A stretch of 64,000 bases of DNA from Cycas panzhihuaensis (GCA_023213395.1 CM041465.1:222091741-222155740); one strand, 5' to 3'. Positions 38,401 to 52,772 are shown, counted from the stretch's first letter. The notes: generated from the sequence alone by a model not told the origin. Numbers and translations: made by a program.

Positions 38401-41400
38401 CCCAAGATTGAGCTACCTTTAGAACTATTTAAACTTCGCTTTTATAATAGTTTGGTGAAGATGTCAGCCACTTGATTTACTGTAGGGTAGTACTCTAGTT
38501 AAATTGTATTATCATAAACTAGTTCTATAATCTTATGGACTTTTGTACTTATGCGTTTGGTATGATCATGAAATACATTATTTTTTTCCATGTGGATTAT
38601 TGAATGATTATCTACACGAAGGTTGATAGGACTTATTTAGGTTATATTTAATGTTTTTAATAATTTCCTAAGCCATATCACCTCCTTATTGGTCTCAGAA
38701 GCAGTAATGTATTTAGCTTTAGTAGTTAAATCAATAACTATTTTCTACAATTTGGATCTCCATGATATTGGTGTTATTCAAAGAAATATTACATACCTAG
38801 ATGTAAATCTTCCTATATCTTTATCTCCTGTAAAGTTTGAGTCTATGTATGTAGAAAGCTAAATTCATTATTAGGCTTATACAATAGATAAAATTTACTA
38901 GTCATCTTTAGGTATCTTAACACTCAAACTACAGCTTACAAGTAATTCTGTTTAAGATTTCTCATGAATCATATAAGAATACAAATAAAGTGTACAATAT
39001 TTGGCCTTGTGTTAGTAGTGTAGATGAGACTACCTATAAGTTACCTATAGAGTATTATGTCTACCTCCTTAGTATCACTATCAGTTGAGAGTTTGACATT
39101 AGGGTCCATAGGTGTAGCCATTAGTTGAGTATCTTCTAACTAAAACTTGGTCAAAAGATTGTTGACATATTTTTGTTGGGAGAGGAAAAAAATTTTATTC
39201 TTTTATATTACTTCAATTCCTAAGTAATATTTCATCAATTTGAGGTTAGATAATTCAAATATCTTGCCAAGGTCCTTTCTCAGCTGGCTTATTACTTATT
39301 CATTATTACCTCTTACAAGCATGTCATCTATAAAGATTATGAGATAAGTAACTTTGTCCTTTTGGCACTTGATAAAAAATGTTGCATCAATATCTTAATA
39401 GTCACAAATCTTGTATATCTAAGATGTCTTATTCTTTTAAATAAATTGGTAAACCAAGCATACGGAAATTGTTTAAGGTCGTATAAGGACTTTCCAAGCT
39501 TACAAACCTTATGCTTTTGACCATTAATCTCATATCCTTCTTGCTGAGCCATGTAAATTTCTTCTTTAAGATCCCCATTTAGAAACATGATTTTAATATT
39601 AAGCTGATGGATTTTTTAGCCCTATTGAGTAGCCAAGGCCATAAGAGTTCTAATTGTAAGCCACTTAGTTATAGGTGCAAAGATTTCAGTGTAGTCGATG
39701 CCTTTCCTTTAAGTGATTCCTTTAACTACTAACCTTGCCTTATATTTTTCTAGGGTGCCATCTGATTTATATTTATTTTTGAACATCCATTTATTTTGAA
39801 TTACCTTTCTACCAAGTGGTAGATCAATGAGCACTTATATACTATTTTTTATAAGAGATTGATATTCTTTGCTTATTACATTTCTCTAAATTATATGTTT
39901 CATAACTTCCTGGTATGAGAGGGGCTCTTTATTAAGAGTAAGGTATAGCTCTATTGATTCAAGCTCAATATTAAATAATTCCTACATCCTTACTCTATGG
40001 GCACTTTAAGTGCTAGTTTTACCCACCTTATATGTCCTTGTTGAGCTAGTAGGATTGACAAGATCCTTGAGTTGGGAATGAGGTCCTCATTTTCTTAACT
40101 TCTTGGTTCTTGTCTTGTTCCTTAAAATGATCATTTGGTGAGGAGGATATTAACACACCTAAGAAAGATAGACCTTCTACCACTATTTTACCTTTGTCAA
40201 CTAAATATGGAGAGGATGATTCTTCTATGATGGCTTTACCTTTGTTAACTTTGTTATTCTCAAAGCGGTGATGGATGTGCACTCATCAATTTGGAGTCAT
40301 AGCTTATATCCTCTAGGGCTCTATTATCAGCTTCCAATATTTGAAGTAATTTATGTATGTCTCCCCTCATTCCCTCCCAAAATTTAAAATCTAAACATAA
40401 TACTTATTAGTATCATTATAGTGGCATGAAGGTATTTTGGAGTCCATTCTAAGTAATTAATCTTCTGTCTCTCCAAAATGAAATCTCTGGCAATGACAAT
40501 TTCCATTGTTAAGGTATAAAGACCTTGTGCCCTTTCTTGTCCATAGGGTATCTAATAAAGATACCTTTAAGTACCCTTAAATAGAGTTTATTTTGATCTA
40601 TATTCAGAATGTGAGAATAGCATGTAGAGCCAAAATTTTTGAAGATGTGAATAATGGGGGCCTATCTTGACTACTTTTCATTAGGTAATTGTCCTTACTT
40701 TCATGGGCTAATAGCATTAATGTAGTAAATATCTATCTAGAAGGCTTCAGCCTATAGGTAGGTAGGTATATTTTTGTATACTAATAGAGTTTAAGCCATG
40801 TTCATGATTGTCCTATTCATATATTTAGAAACTCCATTTTATTGTGGGGTACTAATTATGTTGTTTGATATTTGATACCATTGTCTCGAAGGTAACTTCT
40901 AAATTTATATGAAGTATATTCACTACCATTATTAGTTTGAAGACATTTAAGTTGATAGCCTAACTTTTTTTAGTATAGGCTTTAAATTATTTGAAGACGC
41001 CAAAGGCTTCATCTTTTTTAGCCAAAAAAGCTACCCATACTTTCCTAGTAAAATCATCAATGAAAGAGATGTAATATAACTTACCCTTTAGTAAAACAAT
41101 AGCCATTGGTCTACATAGATTAGAGTGTACAAATTTTAATGGATGGCTTAATTTCTACTAACCTTTGGAAAAGGTCTATCGATGAGATTTGCTAATGATA
41201 TAGGCTTCACATTTGAAGGGCTTAGAGGAGAACTTTAGAAGGCTTAAAAGAGTGTTACAAAGATCTCTAGGTTGATTGATATGGGTATGGCCTATGCAAT
41301 CATACCAAAGAGTATCATGTGACAACTTTAGGTGGGTTAGGATGGTATTAAATACAAATTCTTCATTAGCATAAGGGTTTTGGGTATAATAGACTTCAAA

Positions 41401-44068
41401 AGATGGAGAACTATTTAGTCAAAATATTTTACCAATGAGATGTCCAGTCAAGACTCCTCAATTAGATAGAGGGTGAATGATATCGAGAGTTTGGTCATTT
41501 GTAGTTACACTTAGATTAAATCCATGAGAGATGAGTGTGGATAAGGAGAGTAAGTTTTGTTTAACATTGGGTATGTAGAGGAAATCAAATAATGGAAAAT
41601 CTCTTAAGCCTAGGAGTTTTAGACGAATATTACCAATTCCTTTAATAGGTTGTTGTGATTTATCAGCTATGTGAATAACTCTTTAAATATTTGTGTCAAA
41701 TGTTTGATATAGACTACAATTATATGTTATATGTTAAGTTGCTCTTATGTCCATAATCCACTATTTATAGATTAAAGCAACACTTTTTGTAATTTTAATA
41801 GGGGTTGGCATTGGTAAGTGGAATTCACAAGTGATATATCTACATTGAGCTTCAAAATATCTTTGTGGTTGGTCAATGGAATTTGATGCTGAAGATCCCT
41901 TAATTCTTTAAAAGTAGGCTTGTATGAAACCTACACCACTAAATGATTGTTCACAAGTTTCTTTAACATTATAAGCTCCATGTTTCGATTGGAACTTGGC
42001 CAACTTATAAGTAGTAAATTTTTTATATTTTTTAAAGTGTTCTTTATAGTTATATCATTTACATATAATGGTTTAATTGTGAGTCCCTAAAGGGATACTA
42101 GTTTGGCCTGATTATCATATTTTTTTTTGAGATGGCCCTTTACCTTGAGACTATTGAGATTATGACTAAAGGTTTGGTTGAACTTATAGATGCTTTTCCT
42201 TATTTCTTCTTGTTTATGTTGCTCAATTATTTCCTTTGCCATGAGAGAGACCTTGATTCTTTATATAGCAAGCTTCTTCTTCGACCTCAAAGGCTATATT
42301 TAGAAGAGAGTCAAATACTACAAAATTGATACTATAGGTCTTGTCAAATTCTATGAACTTCTTAGTAAGTATTTTAAAGTTGAGTGCTTTCAAATTTCCA
42401 CTAGATTGAAGATTTTTAAGAAAGTTTTTATAATCAAGAACATATAGATATGATTGAATAAAAAATGCCTAGGTGATGTATTAGGTCTTAAAATCTTTTT
42501 CAATTACTTATTTTGTTCTTCAAAGGAGATTTATTATCTCATGAACTTATCCTTTCTGCATTTTTAGTTTATTTATTTTTAGTATAAGATAAACAAATTC
42601 TAGGTCTGACTTGGTATCAAAATTCTTCTTAAAAACTTTAAGGACCTTCTAGGCTATATCATGTTACTCTTCATCAATTAAATTATGCAAGGAATGATCA
42701 GTAACCAATAAAATTCCTACATGAATCTTCTCATCATTTATCTCCTATTGTAGTTTAGTTGCAACATATGTAAGAGCTATTCGAGTAGTTCTACTAGAAC
42801 CAAGTGTTGTAGTTATTATAGGTACAATAGATGTAGGCTATAAGTGGGCTTTCTAAAGGCCTTCATACTTTATAATATTTTTAACTCTAATATACCACAA
42901 ATCTTAATTTTCTTTACCTTTCAATATGTAGTTGATGTTTTGCTTAAATTATGATGACATGGCGATGATGATAAAGAACTAGAAGAGTTAATAAAAGTAT
43001 GTACAATTAACATGTGTAGCTAGTACACCTAACACAATAGGAATGTAGAAATAAATATTATGATTAGGAGGTAATCAATGATTAAGTATTTTCCAACAGC
43101 TATGAATGATGTGAATACTGAATAAATCACTAGTAAAGAATGAGTATAAGTGATCATGTAAGAATGTGACCTACTGTAAAGTTGGTAAAGAGTGATGATG
43201 TGTCGTGCCACTAACCTTTAATTTATATCCAAATATAGGTGAGGTATTAATTTGATGCCTAAGGTTTTTAGTATATGTTTAAGGCCTTCATCGATGATAC
43301 CCACATGTATAGATGGTGATAAAATCTAAGTCACAATAGAGCCCAAGTTCTTATAGTCCTCATCTAGGTCACTAGTGAGTAGTGATATACCTCCTCCAAA
43401 GAGTCAAATGGTATGTGTGTATCCCATGGCTATGATAGATATTAGACTAGGTTAATTTTAATCTTAAATTAAAGTTTTAGTTATCTCAGTTGGTTATTAG
43501 GATAATCTCTGAAGGGAGCCCATAGGTATGGCTTACCTATTGCTCCACTAATATTTCGGTTGAGTCTAGACCTACCTTGAAATCTATACCTCTCTTAGGG
43601 CCTAGAATTTGACCAACCAAGGTATTTAAACCTTGGTGAGTGTGCAAATAGGCTTAAGATGATAGAACGATCGATTATAATATGTTCATTTTAAGGAATA
43701 TACAAATGTATTTGCATTCATATTGTTATAAACTAAAAACTAAAATAAGTTACTAATGTGTTGATATTGATGCTTGCTTTTATATCTCCTTTATATTATT
43801 TTTTATCTATCAATGTGCATACAAATAAATAAAGATATAAAGATGCAAAGTATAAATACCAAATTTTACTATGATCTTGGTGTTTTATTGTTATAATAAT
43901 TTTTGTTTTTCTTTTTAAAACTACTTCTTTTGTTAAGAGAAGGGAAAAAAACAAAAAACTTAAAAATTTTATTCTAAACTTAAATTTTGATTAAAAGAGA
44001 AAGTGTTAAGAAAAGTGAGAGGAATTTGAATTTATTGTCAAAAACTTCTATATGGTTGTATAACCATA
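38400..44068 (-). mobile_element. Copia E: heavily decayed gag-pol (~38400-42960) plus partial leader; no LTRs recognised
   Basis: RT fragment FLNGDLKEEIYMAQQEGY...KSLYDLKQ at 39337-39588 and gag start at 42960. Gag and leader are homologous to Copia F. Confidence 0.85.
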
Positions 44069-44605
44069 CAAAGAGAAGGTTCGAGGGTGATAGCCCTGAA
44101 GAAAGGGGGTTCGGGGGTGATAGCCCTCGACCTAAAAAACTAATAGTGAAAAGCATACTAAATTGTAAAGAGAATCAGGGTCGTTCGCTCAAAATACCCT
44201 AGATTCTATGGTCGAGATTTGTGCCTTGTATGACTCTATCATGAGCCTGATTTAGGGTGTTTTTCATTATGTTGATGACGTTCGATGTATTGGATGTACT
44301 GTGAGGAGTTAGGCAACTGGTTGTTGTTGTTATGAATATTCTACTATAGATTGTATATATTTCTCCATTCTTGATAATAAAGATTGATACCATTCCTGTG
44401 TAGATGTTTTCCTAGCACACTGCTAGGGTTTTACCACGCTATATCGGGTGTATATGTGATGCTTGGCTTTCTTATTTATTTTATTGTATTATCTTTGGTT
44501 TAAGAACTTGCATGTTAAATTTCAGTTTCGATTCCTGTAACTAGTTGCAAAATAGTTTAGATCTTGGCGGCAATTTCAGGTTATTGGGACCTTGTCTTCT
44601 CAACA
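44069..44605 (+). repeat. Third, 5'-truncated LTR of the Copia D family
   Basis: Aligns with 28200-28709 and 32838-33346, ends TCAACA and is followed by CACAC. It starts with a ~30-bp tandem duplication. Confidence 0.92.
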
Positions 44606-47600
44606 CACACTATAGAGGTGTGAAATTGCAAAAAAATTAAACATATATTTTTTGGGTAATTTTAAATATTTTATGATTTTTTTAGTTTTTTTTTTTTAAT
44701 ATTATTTACAGGTGATAGTTTATACTCATGATGGAGTAAAGTGCCCCAATGGGGTGAAATCCCCTCGATAGTTGAGGATATGATAGAGTGATGGGCTTAA
44801 CATGATGAGATGCCCCTAATGGGGTAATGCAAATTATGAACGAAGGTAGTTTATGCTTATTTTGGAGCAAGGTGCCCCTTGCATTAAGGGAGTCAATTAA
44901 AAAACTTCTTGAGGAATTATCTATTGATGACCTTTTTGAATTCAAGACCTTCCAATGTTATAATTAAATATATCCTATTGTCCAATCTTTGCAAAATGAT
45001 GAACAAATTGACCTATTTGGGACCAAATTTTGATAAAAAGTCATATAAGTACTCCAACTTAAGTACTTTGTTCCTTAGAGCTAACGGTTAAGGCCGTACA
45101 TGTTTATCATGAGACTTTTATGCTTTATCCTTTGATGCCAAATTTGCTTAATAGGCAACAAGACATTTCTTGTCCAGTGCTTTAAGGTCAAGTAGATGGG
45201 ATCGTCATCACCACTCTTCATTAATAAAATTTCTAAGAAAAACATATAACGATTGGATTTCCTCCTTAAGGGACAAGACAACCTCTGATCTATATATCAA
45301 AGAAAAGAGTGTTATACCTATGGCCATTTTTATGGATGTTTAATAGGCCAAAGGGTCGAGTAGAGTTGTAGGTGTCAATCTCTATGAGATTAGGCCAAGG
45401 TATTCTTTAGGATATTGACCAAGGTCTTTTTGAAAGATTGGATCTTATTGTTGGCCTAGGGGTAATATAAAGATGAGGTTTTGTGGGAAATTCAAAATCT
45501 CTCACAAAGCTCATCCATTTCTTTATTGTAAAATGTAGTCCTATTATCAATGATTAAGACATCAGGGATTCCAAATTGGGGAATGATATTTTAAAATATA
45601 AAGGTGGCAATTGTTTTACCTATCATGGAAGAGAGAGGAACTGCCTTAACCCATTTGGTGAAGTATTCCATTGTGGTTAAAATTAACTTATGTTAGGCTG
45701 AGGATGGTGGTGTTATAGCTCCAACAAGGTTAAGACCCCATTGGGAGAATGGCCATGGTGACATTACAACATGCAATGCTTCAAATGACTAATGAATGAC
45801 GTTGGAGTGCTTTTGGGTTTCTAATAATCTTGCACATAAGTATGAGCATCTTTGAATAAGGTAGGCCAATAGAATCCTATTTGTAGGATCCTTTAAGCCA
45901 TAAATTGACCCCTAAAATGGCCTCTACAAATGCTATTATTACATTCATAGAGGACTTGATTTATTTGATTAGGATTGATGTAATTAAGGAGGATTCCTTT
46001 AAATGACCTCTTATATAAAACATCCTCTATGAGGAATATGTATAGCTTCACCTTCTTACTCACATCTCAGAGGTATCTTTATTGAATCAAATATCGAACA
46101 ATATCATTATACTACACCTCATCGATTGGCCTTTGATCCTTTGTTTGTTTAAGGGTAAAGATCATCTTGTTAGATAAGGAATCATCAACCAAAGAATCTA
46201 AGGAATTAGGGAGGGGCACAAGCTACTCAGCGACCACCATCCCCTTCTTAGACTTTCTATTGACAATTTTTAAGTTATACTCTTGTAGTAGGATAACTGA
46301 TTTACTAATTTGTCCATTCAAATTAGACCTTATTATAAGATAGTATAGTGGATTCAATGGAATGATCACATTGGCTATGTTACCCAAAAGATAGTGCCTC
46401 AGTTTCTTGATAGCAAACACAAGGGCTAAATACTCCCTCTTAGTAGGAGTATAATTAACCTTGACATTGACTAGTGTTTAGCTTATAGAGTAGATGACCC
46501 TCTCAAAATTTCAGTCATCTTCTTAGGTGAACATAGTGCTAATCAACTCATTGATTGATGAAGTGTATAGAATGAACAATCAATCAAACACAAGTGGAGC
46601 CAAGGTAGGGGTAGAGATGAGAGCTCGCTTGAGCTCTTAGAAGGCCTCTTAGGCTTTTAAGTTTCTAACAATGTTCCACATAAGCATGAGCATCCTTGAA
46701 CAAGGTAGGCTAATAGAATCCCATTCGTAGGATCCTTTAAGCCATAGATTAACTCCCACAATAGCCTCCACAAATGCTATTATAACATTCATAGAGGACT
46801 TAATTTATTTAATCAGGATTGATACACTTAAGGAGGAGTCCTTCAAATGGCCTCTTATATAATGCATCCTCTATGAGGAAGTATTGGTAGGCAGTTGCTG
46901 TTATGCGTAGCTTTACCTTCTCACTGGCATCTTAGGGGTACTTTTGCTAAGTTAAATAATAAACAATGTTGCCATACCACACCTCATTGATTAGCCTTCG
47001 ATCCTCTATTTGTCTAAGGGTGAATATCATCTCATTAGGTAAGGAGTCATTGATCAAAGTATCTAAGGAATTGGGGAGGGGCACATGGGCAAGTTACTTG
47101 GTGACCACCATCCCCTTCTTGGACTTTCTATTGATAAATTTTAGGTCATACACTTGTAGGACAATTAATTTGCTAATTTCTCTAGTCAAATTAGACCTTA
47201 TCATAAGGTAACAAAGTGGGTTCAACAATAGGATCGCATTGATTATGTTGCCTAAGAGGTAGTGCCTCAATTTCTTAATGATAAACACAAGGGACAAACA
47301 CTCCTTCTCAGTAGGAATATAGTTAACCTTAGTAGAAACCAGTGTTCAACTTATAAAGTAGATAGCCCTCTTAATTTTTAGGTCATCTTCTTGGGTGAAC
47401 ATAGTGCTAATCGACTCATTAGTTGATGAAATGTATAAAATAAATAGTAAATTGAACATAGGTAGAGCCAAGGTTGAGCTCTTAGAAGATCTCTTGGGCT
47501 TTGGGAGACTAAACAAATAGGATCCGTTTCTTTAGGAGATTTATTAGTAGCTTAGCATTTAAGAGTTATCATAAGAAGCTTAATCTACCTAAAATCAATT

Positions 47601-47660
47601 TTATTTACATCTGAGTTTTTGAGGAAGGCATTTATGTTATGGCCTTGAATTTATCAGGAT
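44606..47660 (-). mobile_element. Continuation of X1: integrase and RNase H remnant with an internal 844-bp duplication; truncated before RT
   Basis: Colinear with 54380-56620. FAIKKLRHYLLG occurs twice (46223-46420 and 47094-47297). Integrase motifs GFYWPTL, WPFSQWG and YFTKWV are on the minus strand. Confidence 0.88.
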
Positions 47661-49870
47661 ATATAGGAGGTACATTAATAAGTGATATACCTTACTTTCT
47701 TGTAACAAAGTAAGTGGCACACCTATAAGATAGCCACTAACAACTGAGTAATATGATATCCATGTGATATCTCCTATAAAAAAATGATGATAAATAAGCA
47801 AAAAGATATTCAAGTCAACCTAGTAGTGGGAGGGAAAATGGAGCCTTAGATTTGGCTCTATGTGCCCTAAATATAATGAGTTCCCCAAGCTATACTTGGG
47901 TGCTTTCCTTCCATATAATATCCTCCTAATTCTATGGCCTATACGGGAGCAATGGAGTAAGGAAAAACATAATGCTAAAGAGATCTAAAACTAAGTAGTG
48001 CTTAACCTATGAAATAACAAATACAACAATCATAGGGAAGCAAAGGAATAATCTTACAAACAAAAAATAATGAGGATTACCTCCTACCAATGAGTAGAGG
48101 TGGCTAATGGCTGATGATACTCCACTTGAGGATACTCCAAGGTGTTGGAAGGGTAGACCTCTAATCATATAAGTAACAAAAGATAATATGGATTAAGAGG
48201 GTCTAATTGTCTTGGAATTTTGGAAGCATGATAGTATTTTTCACTCCTTAACTTGATCTCCCCTTTGAATGGAAAAATAAGAAATTTATAGCTAATAGTG
48301 AGTCTAAGGAAGGTGGTTTTTAGCCTATAGTATAAAAGACAATAAGGGAACAAATCCATAAGACATACTCATGGATTTGGGCAAAAACCACATTGAAAAA
48401 GGAAATTTTAGGCATGACATGGCATCTTAGGGCATCCAAAATTAACAAGCACTAACCTGAAGCTAGTGTGGGTTATCGAGGATTGACAATAGATCATTAA
48501 TAAGTTGATTGTAATCATTAGGCTTGAATTTAGGTAGGTGACAATCCTACCATGAAGATATATATAGTATCATGAAATCATATATAGTACTATAAAATAC
48601 TTCATGGTATCATAGTTACAAGCAAAACTTAAAGCAATTTGATAACAGACAATGTTATTTAGTAAAAAATACATGTAAACATACCAAAAACTCATTAATG
48701 GTGAAGTTTGGGTAAAAATATAATCAACATGAAGAGCTCAATGATGAAATAGAACATAAAAAAGAATTGAAATAAGACTAGAAGGATCATGTAGGGGGAA
48801 TAAATACCTATTCCAACTCAAAGGGCCTAATGAGTGGACTAACAACTAATGATCAAAGTTATACTCATCATTGGATAAAAGTATACATGGATCACCATAA
48901 TAAACAAGTAAGCAAAAAGTATACATCCACTATCTAAGATCATGATATAGTAAATCAATGAAGAGTAAAGAGTCATGAAGCATGCCTTCTCTTACCTATT
49001 TATTATAGTGTCCATGCCATTCCCAAAAGTTGGAAAACACTAACCCCTTAGCAATAGAGCCTCTTTAATATATGGCCAAAAGATGGCAAATATTACTAAC
49101 ACAAATTATGTGGAATATAATAATAAACATATATATGTGGAACAAGGAGCTAGTTCTACCATAGTTTTGCCTCATTAGTAGATGATCAAAGGGAGTTGCC
49201 CTTAGTTTAGCCTCATTGGTGAACTATGCCAGAGGTGTACTAGCTAGGAAGGGATGATGAGTTAGTAACAAGATCAAACCAAGTAGGGCAATGGCCCTAA
49301 GAAACCTAGATGAGTATGAGTAAGGCCACCATAGTTTATCTTCATTAGTGGCTTTCTCTCAGAGTGAGGTATCAAGTGGTTAGGGGATTGCCCCAACAAT
49401 AGGATAAGATATGCATCATAGTCTAACATCAGGCATAGAAGCCATAGACCTATATATATGCAAAGTGATATCTCAAATATATAAGGGGGAGTCTTAATGG
49501 TCAAGGTAGGTCACCATAGTTTAACCTCATTAGTGGCTATCTTTGGAGAAGGAGTTGTTTAGGCTCATTTCAAAGCCGTATTTTTTGATTTTTGATGTTT
49601 TATATTTTTTTGTATTTTATTAATTTGTATTATTTTTGGATTTTTTTTTTTTTTAATATATATATTTTAAACTTTTTAGATTTTTTAAATAATTTTATAT
49701 TAATTTTTGTGGTTTTGTGAGTAGATTTTGTATGGAAAGGAAACTAAACTAAGAAATGATAAGAAAACAACAATGAGGATGTGATTATGGGCAATAATGA
49801 GAAATATACCTTAGAATGAGTACAACCTAATCAAGTATGTACAAATACACATGATAGTTTATCTCATTTT

Positions 49871-50258
49871 AAAACATGGGTGGCAATTTAGGCTCTTACT
49901 AGAGCATAAGGGGATTTGTAGCTTAGTTAAACTTCCAAGGTGGGCTAAGAATGCCTGGGGTTGTCATAATAGTTTAACCTCTTCAGTGAGGGCCCCTTAG
50001 AGGTGGGGTGGGAGTTTAGGCTTTTGCTAGAGTATATGGTAAGGAAACAACTTAGTTAAGCTTCTAGGATGGGCTAGGAATGTCTAAAGTTGTTACCATA
50101 GTTTAACCTCTTTAGTGAGTGTCTCTTGGAGGTGGGGTGACAGTTTAGGCTCTTTCCAGAGTATATAGAAAGTTGATAGCTTGGTTAGGCTTTCAAAGTA
50201 GGCTAAGAATACTCGAGGGTTATCACCATAGTTTAACCTCTTTAGTGACTACCCCTCA
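49871..50258. repeat. Three ~129-bp tandem repeats, orthologous to 23362-23748
   Basis: GAGGTG anchors at 50000, 50129 and 50259. Confidence 0.88.
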
Positions 50259-52772
50259 GAGGTGACACTAGGAGGAATTGCCTCCTAGACATTCATCTTA
50301 AAGGTAGGCCTATTGAGTTGAAAGAGAATTGTTCACCTGTGACAAATGATGCTCAAACATGAAGGACACTAATCTTTTGGTCTCTGAATTTAGTCCTTGT
50401 GGGATGTGACAAATGGAGATAGAAGAGAATTAGGCCAAAAGGAACCTAGCATGGTCAGTAAGGGGTATTAATTGTGGATAATAGACCAGGTAGACCTAGG
50501 TAAGTTGGGACATAATGAGCTACAAGTTAGAATGCAACATAATAAAGCCACGATAGATACACAAATTATCTATTAAATACTCTATAATGGAAGTGTACTT
50601 ATCTATGTTATTAGTAGTTATGGGTAAGTATATTCTAGAGCATATAAGAGTGTGTCTTAGGTTATCTCAAATGGTCCATGTTGTAGCAAAAGGGTTAAGA
50701 TTCCATGACTACCCCTATTGATGTCATTGATCAATGCCATGAGGATATGCAAAGGCAACTCATAATGGACTCACTAAATAAAGGGAGATTGTAAGAATTA
50801 GCCAACATCATGAGGACTTAAGTACGCATGTAAACTTTGACTAAGACAATGGGCAATACTCAATTCTTAGGAGCAATTATGCATTACTGTCATGTCCCCT
50901 TCTAAAATCCATGGTAGGTATAACTATGCCGAATAGGTTTCGATTATGGTTGAGACCATAATGAGTTCAAATAACTAGATCTAAAGGTCCTAAGACGACC
51001 CACTTAACTAGATTTAAATAAAGAAACATAGGTGAGGATGGGATTTTCATACATCCTACCCTAGATGATAAGTAAGTGGTGGTGAATATGCTCCTCTAAC
51101 AAATCATGTATATATATATTTCTTTTTCTTTCACATTTTTTTATTTATTTTTCCTCTCTATTAAAAAAAAAAAAATTAAACCTTTAGGGGAGTATATATA
51201 TAAATAGCCTTGATGGTGTGAAGTAGGTGTGGTGACGAGTCAACCCATGGAGAAGTTGAGCAAGCTCACCATATCAACTATATTTTAACATGTGACATGA
51301 ACAAACCATGAAAAACTATAAAGGATAAGTCATGTGAGTACCTTGATTGCTTACCGTGGGACATGCCTAGAGCGAGATCCTTAGGTTGGTGACCATGAAG
51401 AACCAAAACTCTGTATTATAATGAGGGTTAAATGAGAGTCCCTATAGGCTCATGATAAAGTAATGAGTTTATGAAAGGAGTAGGTGCATGTGAGTGAAGT
51501 CACAAATTGAGCCGCATGCTGGGTGAGTAAGTAATGTGATGATCGAGTGTCACATAGGGAGAGCTAATGGAATCTCTGGGAGTACCTAAAACTTAATCCA
51601 AAGGCATGCCAATGGTAATGGGAGACCCATGTTCTAATGATATGACCAAGTAAAGGTCAGAACAATAATGGTAAGAGCTATGGACACTAATATATAAATG
51701 GTAAAGTGGCCTTAAGTGAACAAAAAGAGCATAGAATGTAAAAGAAAAATGGAGGTCAAGCAAGACTTGACATCAGGTTATGAGCATAAACTAGTGAACT
51801 AGTGTTGTAAGTTGATCTTGTGGACTATAAACACTAATATGTAAAGAGACAGTATGCTAAGGGTGAGGAAGGGATTGACTTCAAGACAAAAGGGATTATT
51901 AATAATATGCATTAAAGAATAAATGAGGTAAATTTTGGGCCTAGAATGGACATGACTGGGGGTGCAAGCAACTATATCGAGGGGATGAGAGTGTAGTCTA
52001 TGGAGCGGTTGCCTTAATGGATCAAATGGGGAGAAAAATGAGCATCATATGGTTAAGTTATGGCTATTTATATAGTAGGATTCCTTAAATTCATTTTTTT
52101 TTTTACATTTTATTATTAAGGAAATCCTTAAGAAACCTAACTGTTGCAATCCTTTATCCTTCTTGAGATCATTAGGGATAAATTGATTGATAGATTTATA
52201 AACAGATAGAGCCATTGGGTCCAGAACTTGACAATGGCCATTGTGTGACCCAATCCAGTCAATTCAACTTGCAAATTTATTTTATTTTTTAACTTTTTTA
52301 TATTTTTATTTTTTGTTAAGGCTTTACCTTAATTTGGTTGATTTTGTCTAAATAGAGGCCAAATTGCACTCTATTGGTGGCTAGACTAGGGCAATTTGAT
52401 GCCCTAATCATTTTGGATGGATCAGATTTGATCCTAAATATGTATTTTTTACTTTTATCTTGATTTGTATTTTATTTTCTGTGAACCACAAATTGTCATG
52501 GCATTATGAATTATAGTAGAAACCCTCATAGTACCACATATATTTTTAGTAGCACCATGAAGATATTCATGGTACTATAGAAGAATTTGTGATACTAAAC
52601 AAAAATGAGGAAATTTAAAAATTTTATCTACAAATGACTCCTAAACACCTCTATTAGATTGAATGATAACATGTGATTAGCCTAGAGTTATTTTGGACTA
52701 ATTTTCCTTATATTTTGTAATATCTTGTAGGTTGTTACTATGATTATTAATCATGACAACATTGGCACACCC

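Noticed and set aside
43993-44068. Purine run followed by TGTTAAG at 44004 as a PPT plus alternative start for the third LTR
   Set aside because: 44004-44068 does not align with the 5' ends of LTR1 or LTR2 and fits the pyrimidine-rich leader of minus-strand Copia E. It cannot be fully excluded.
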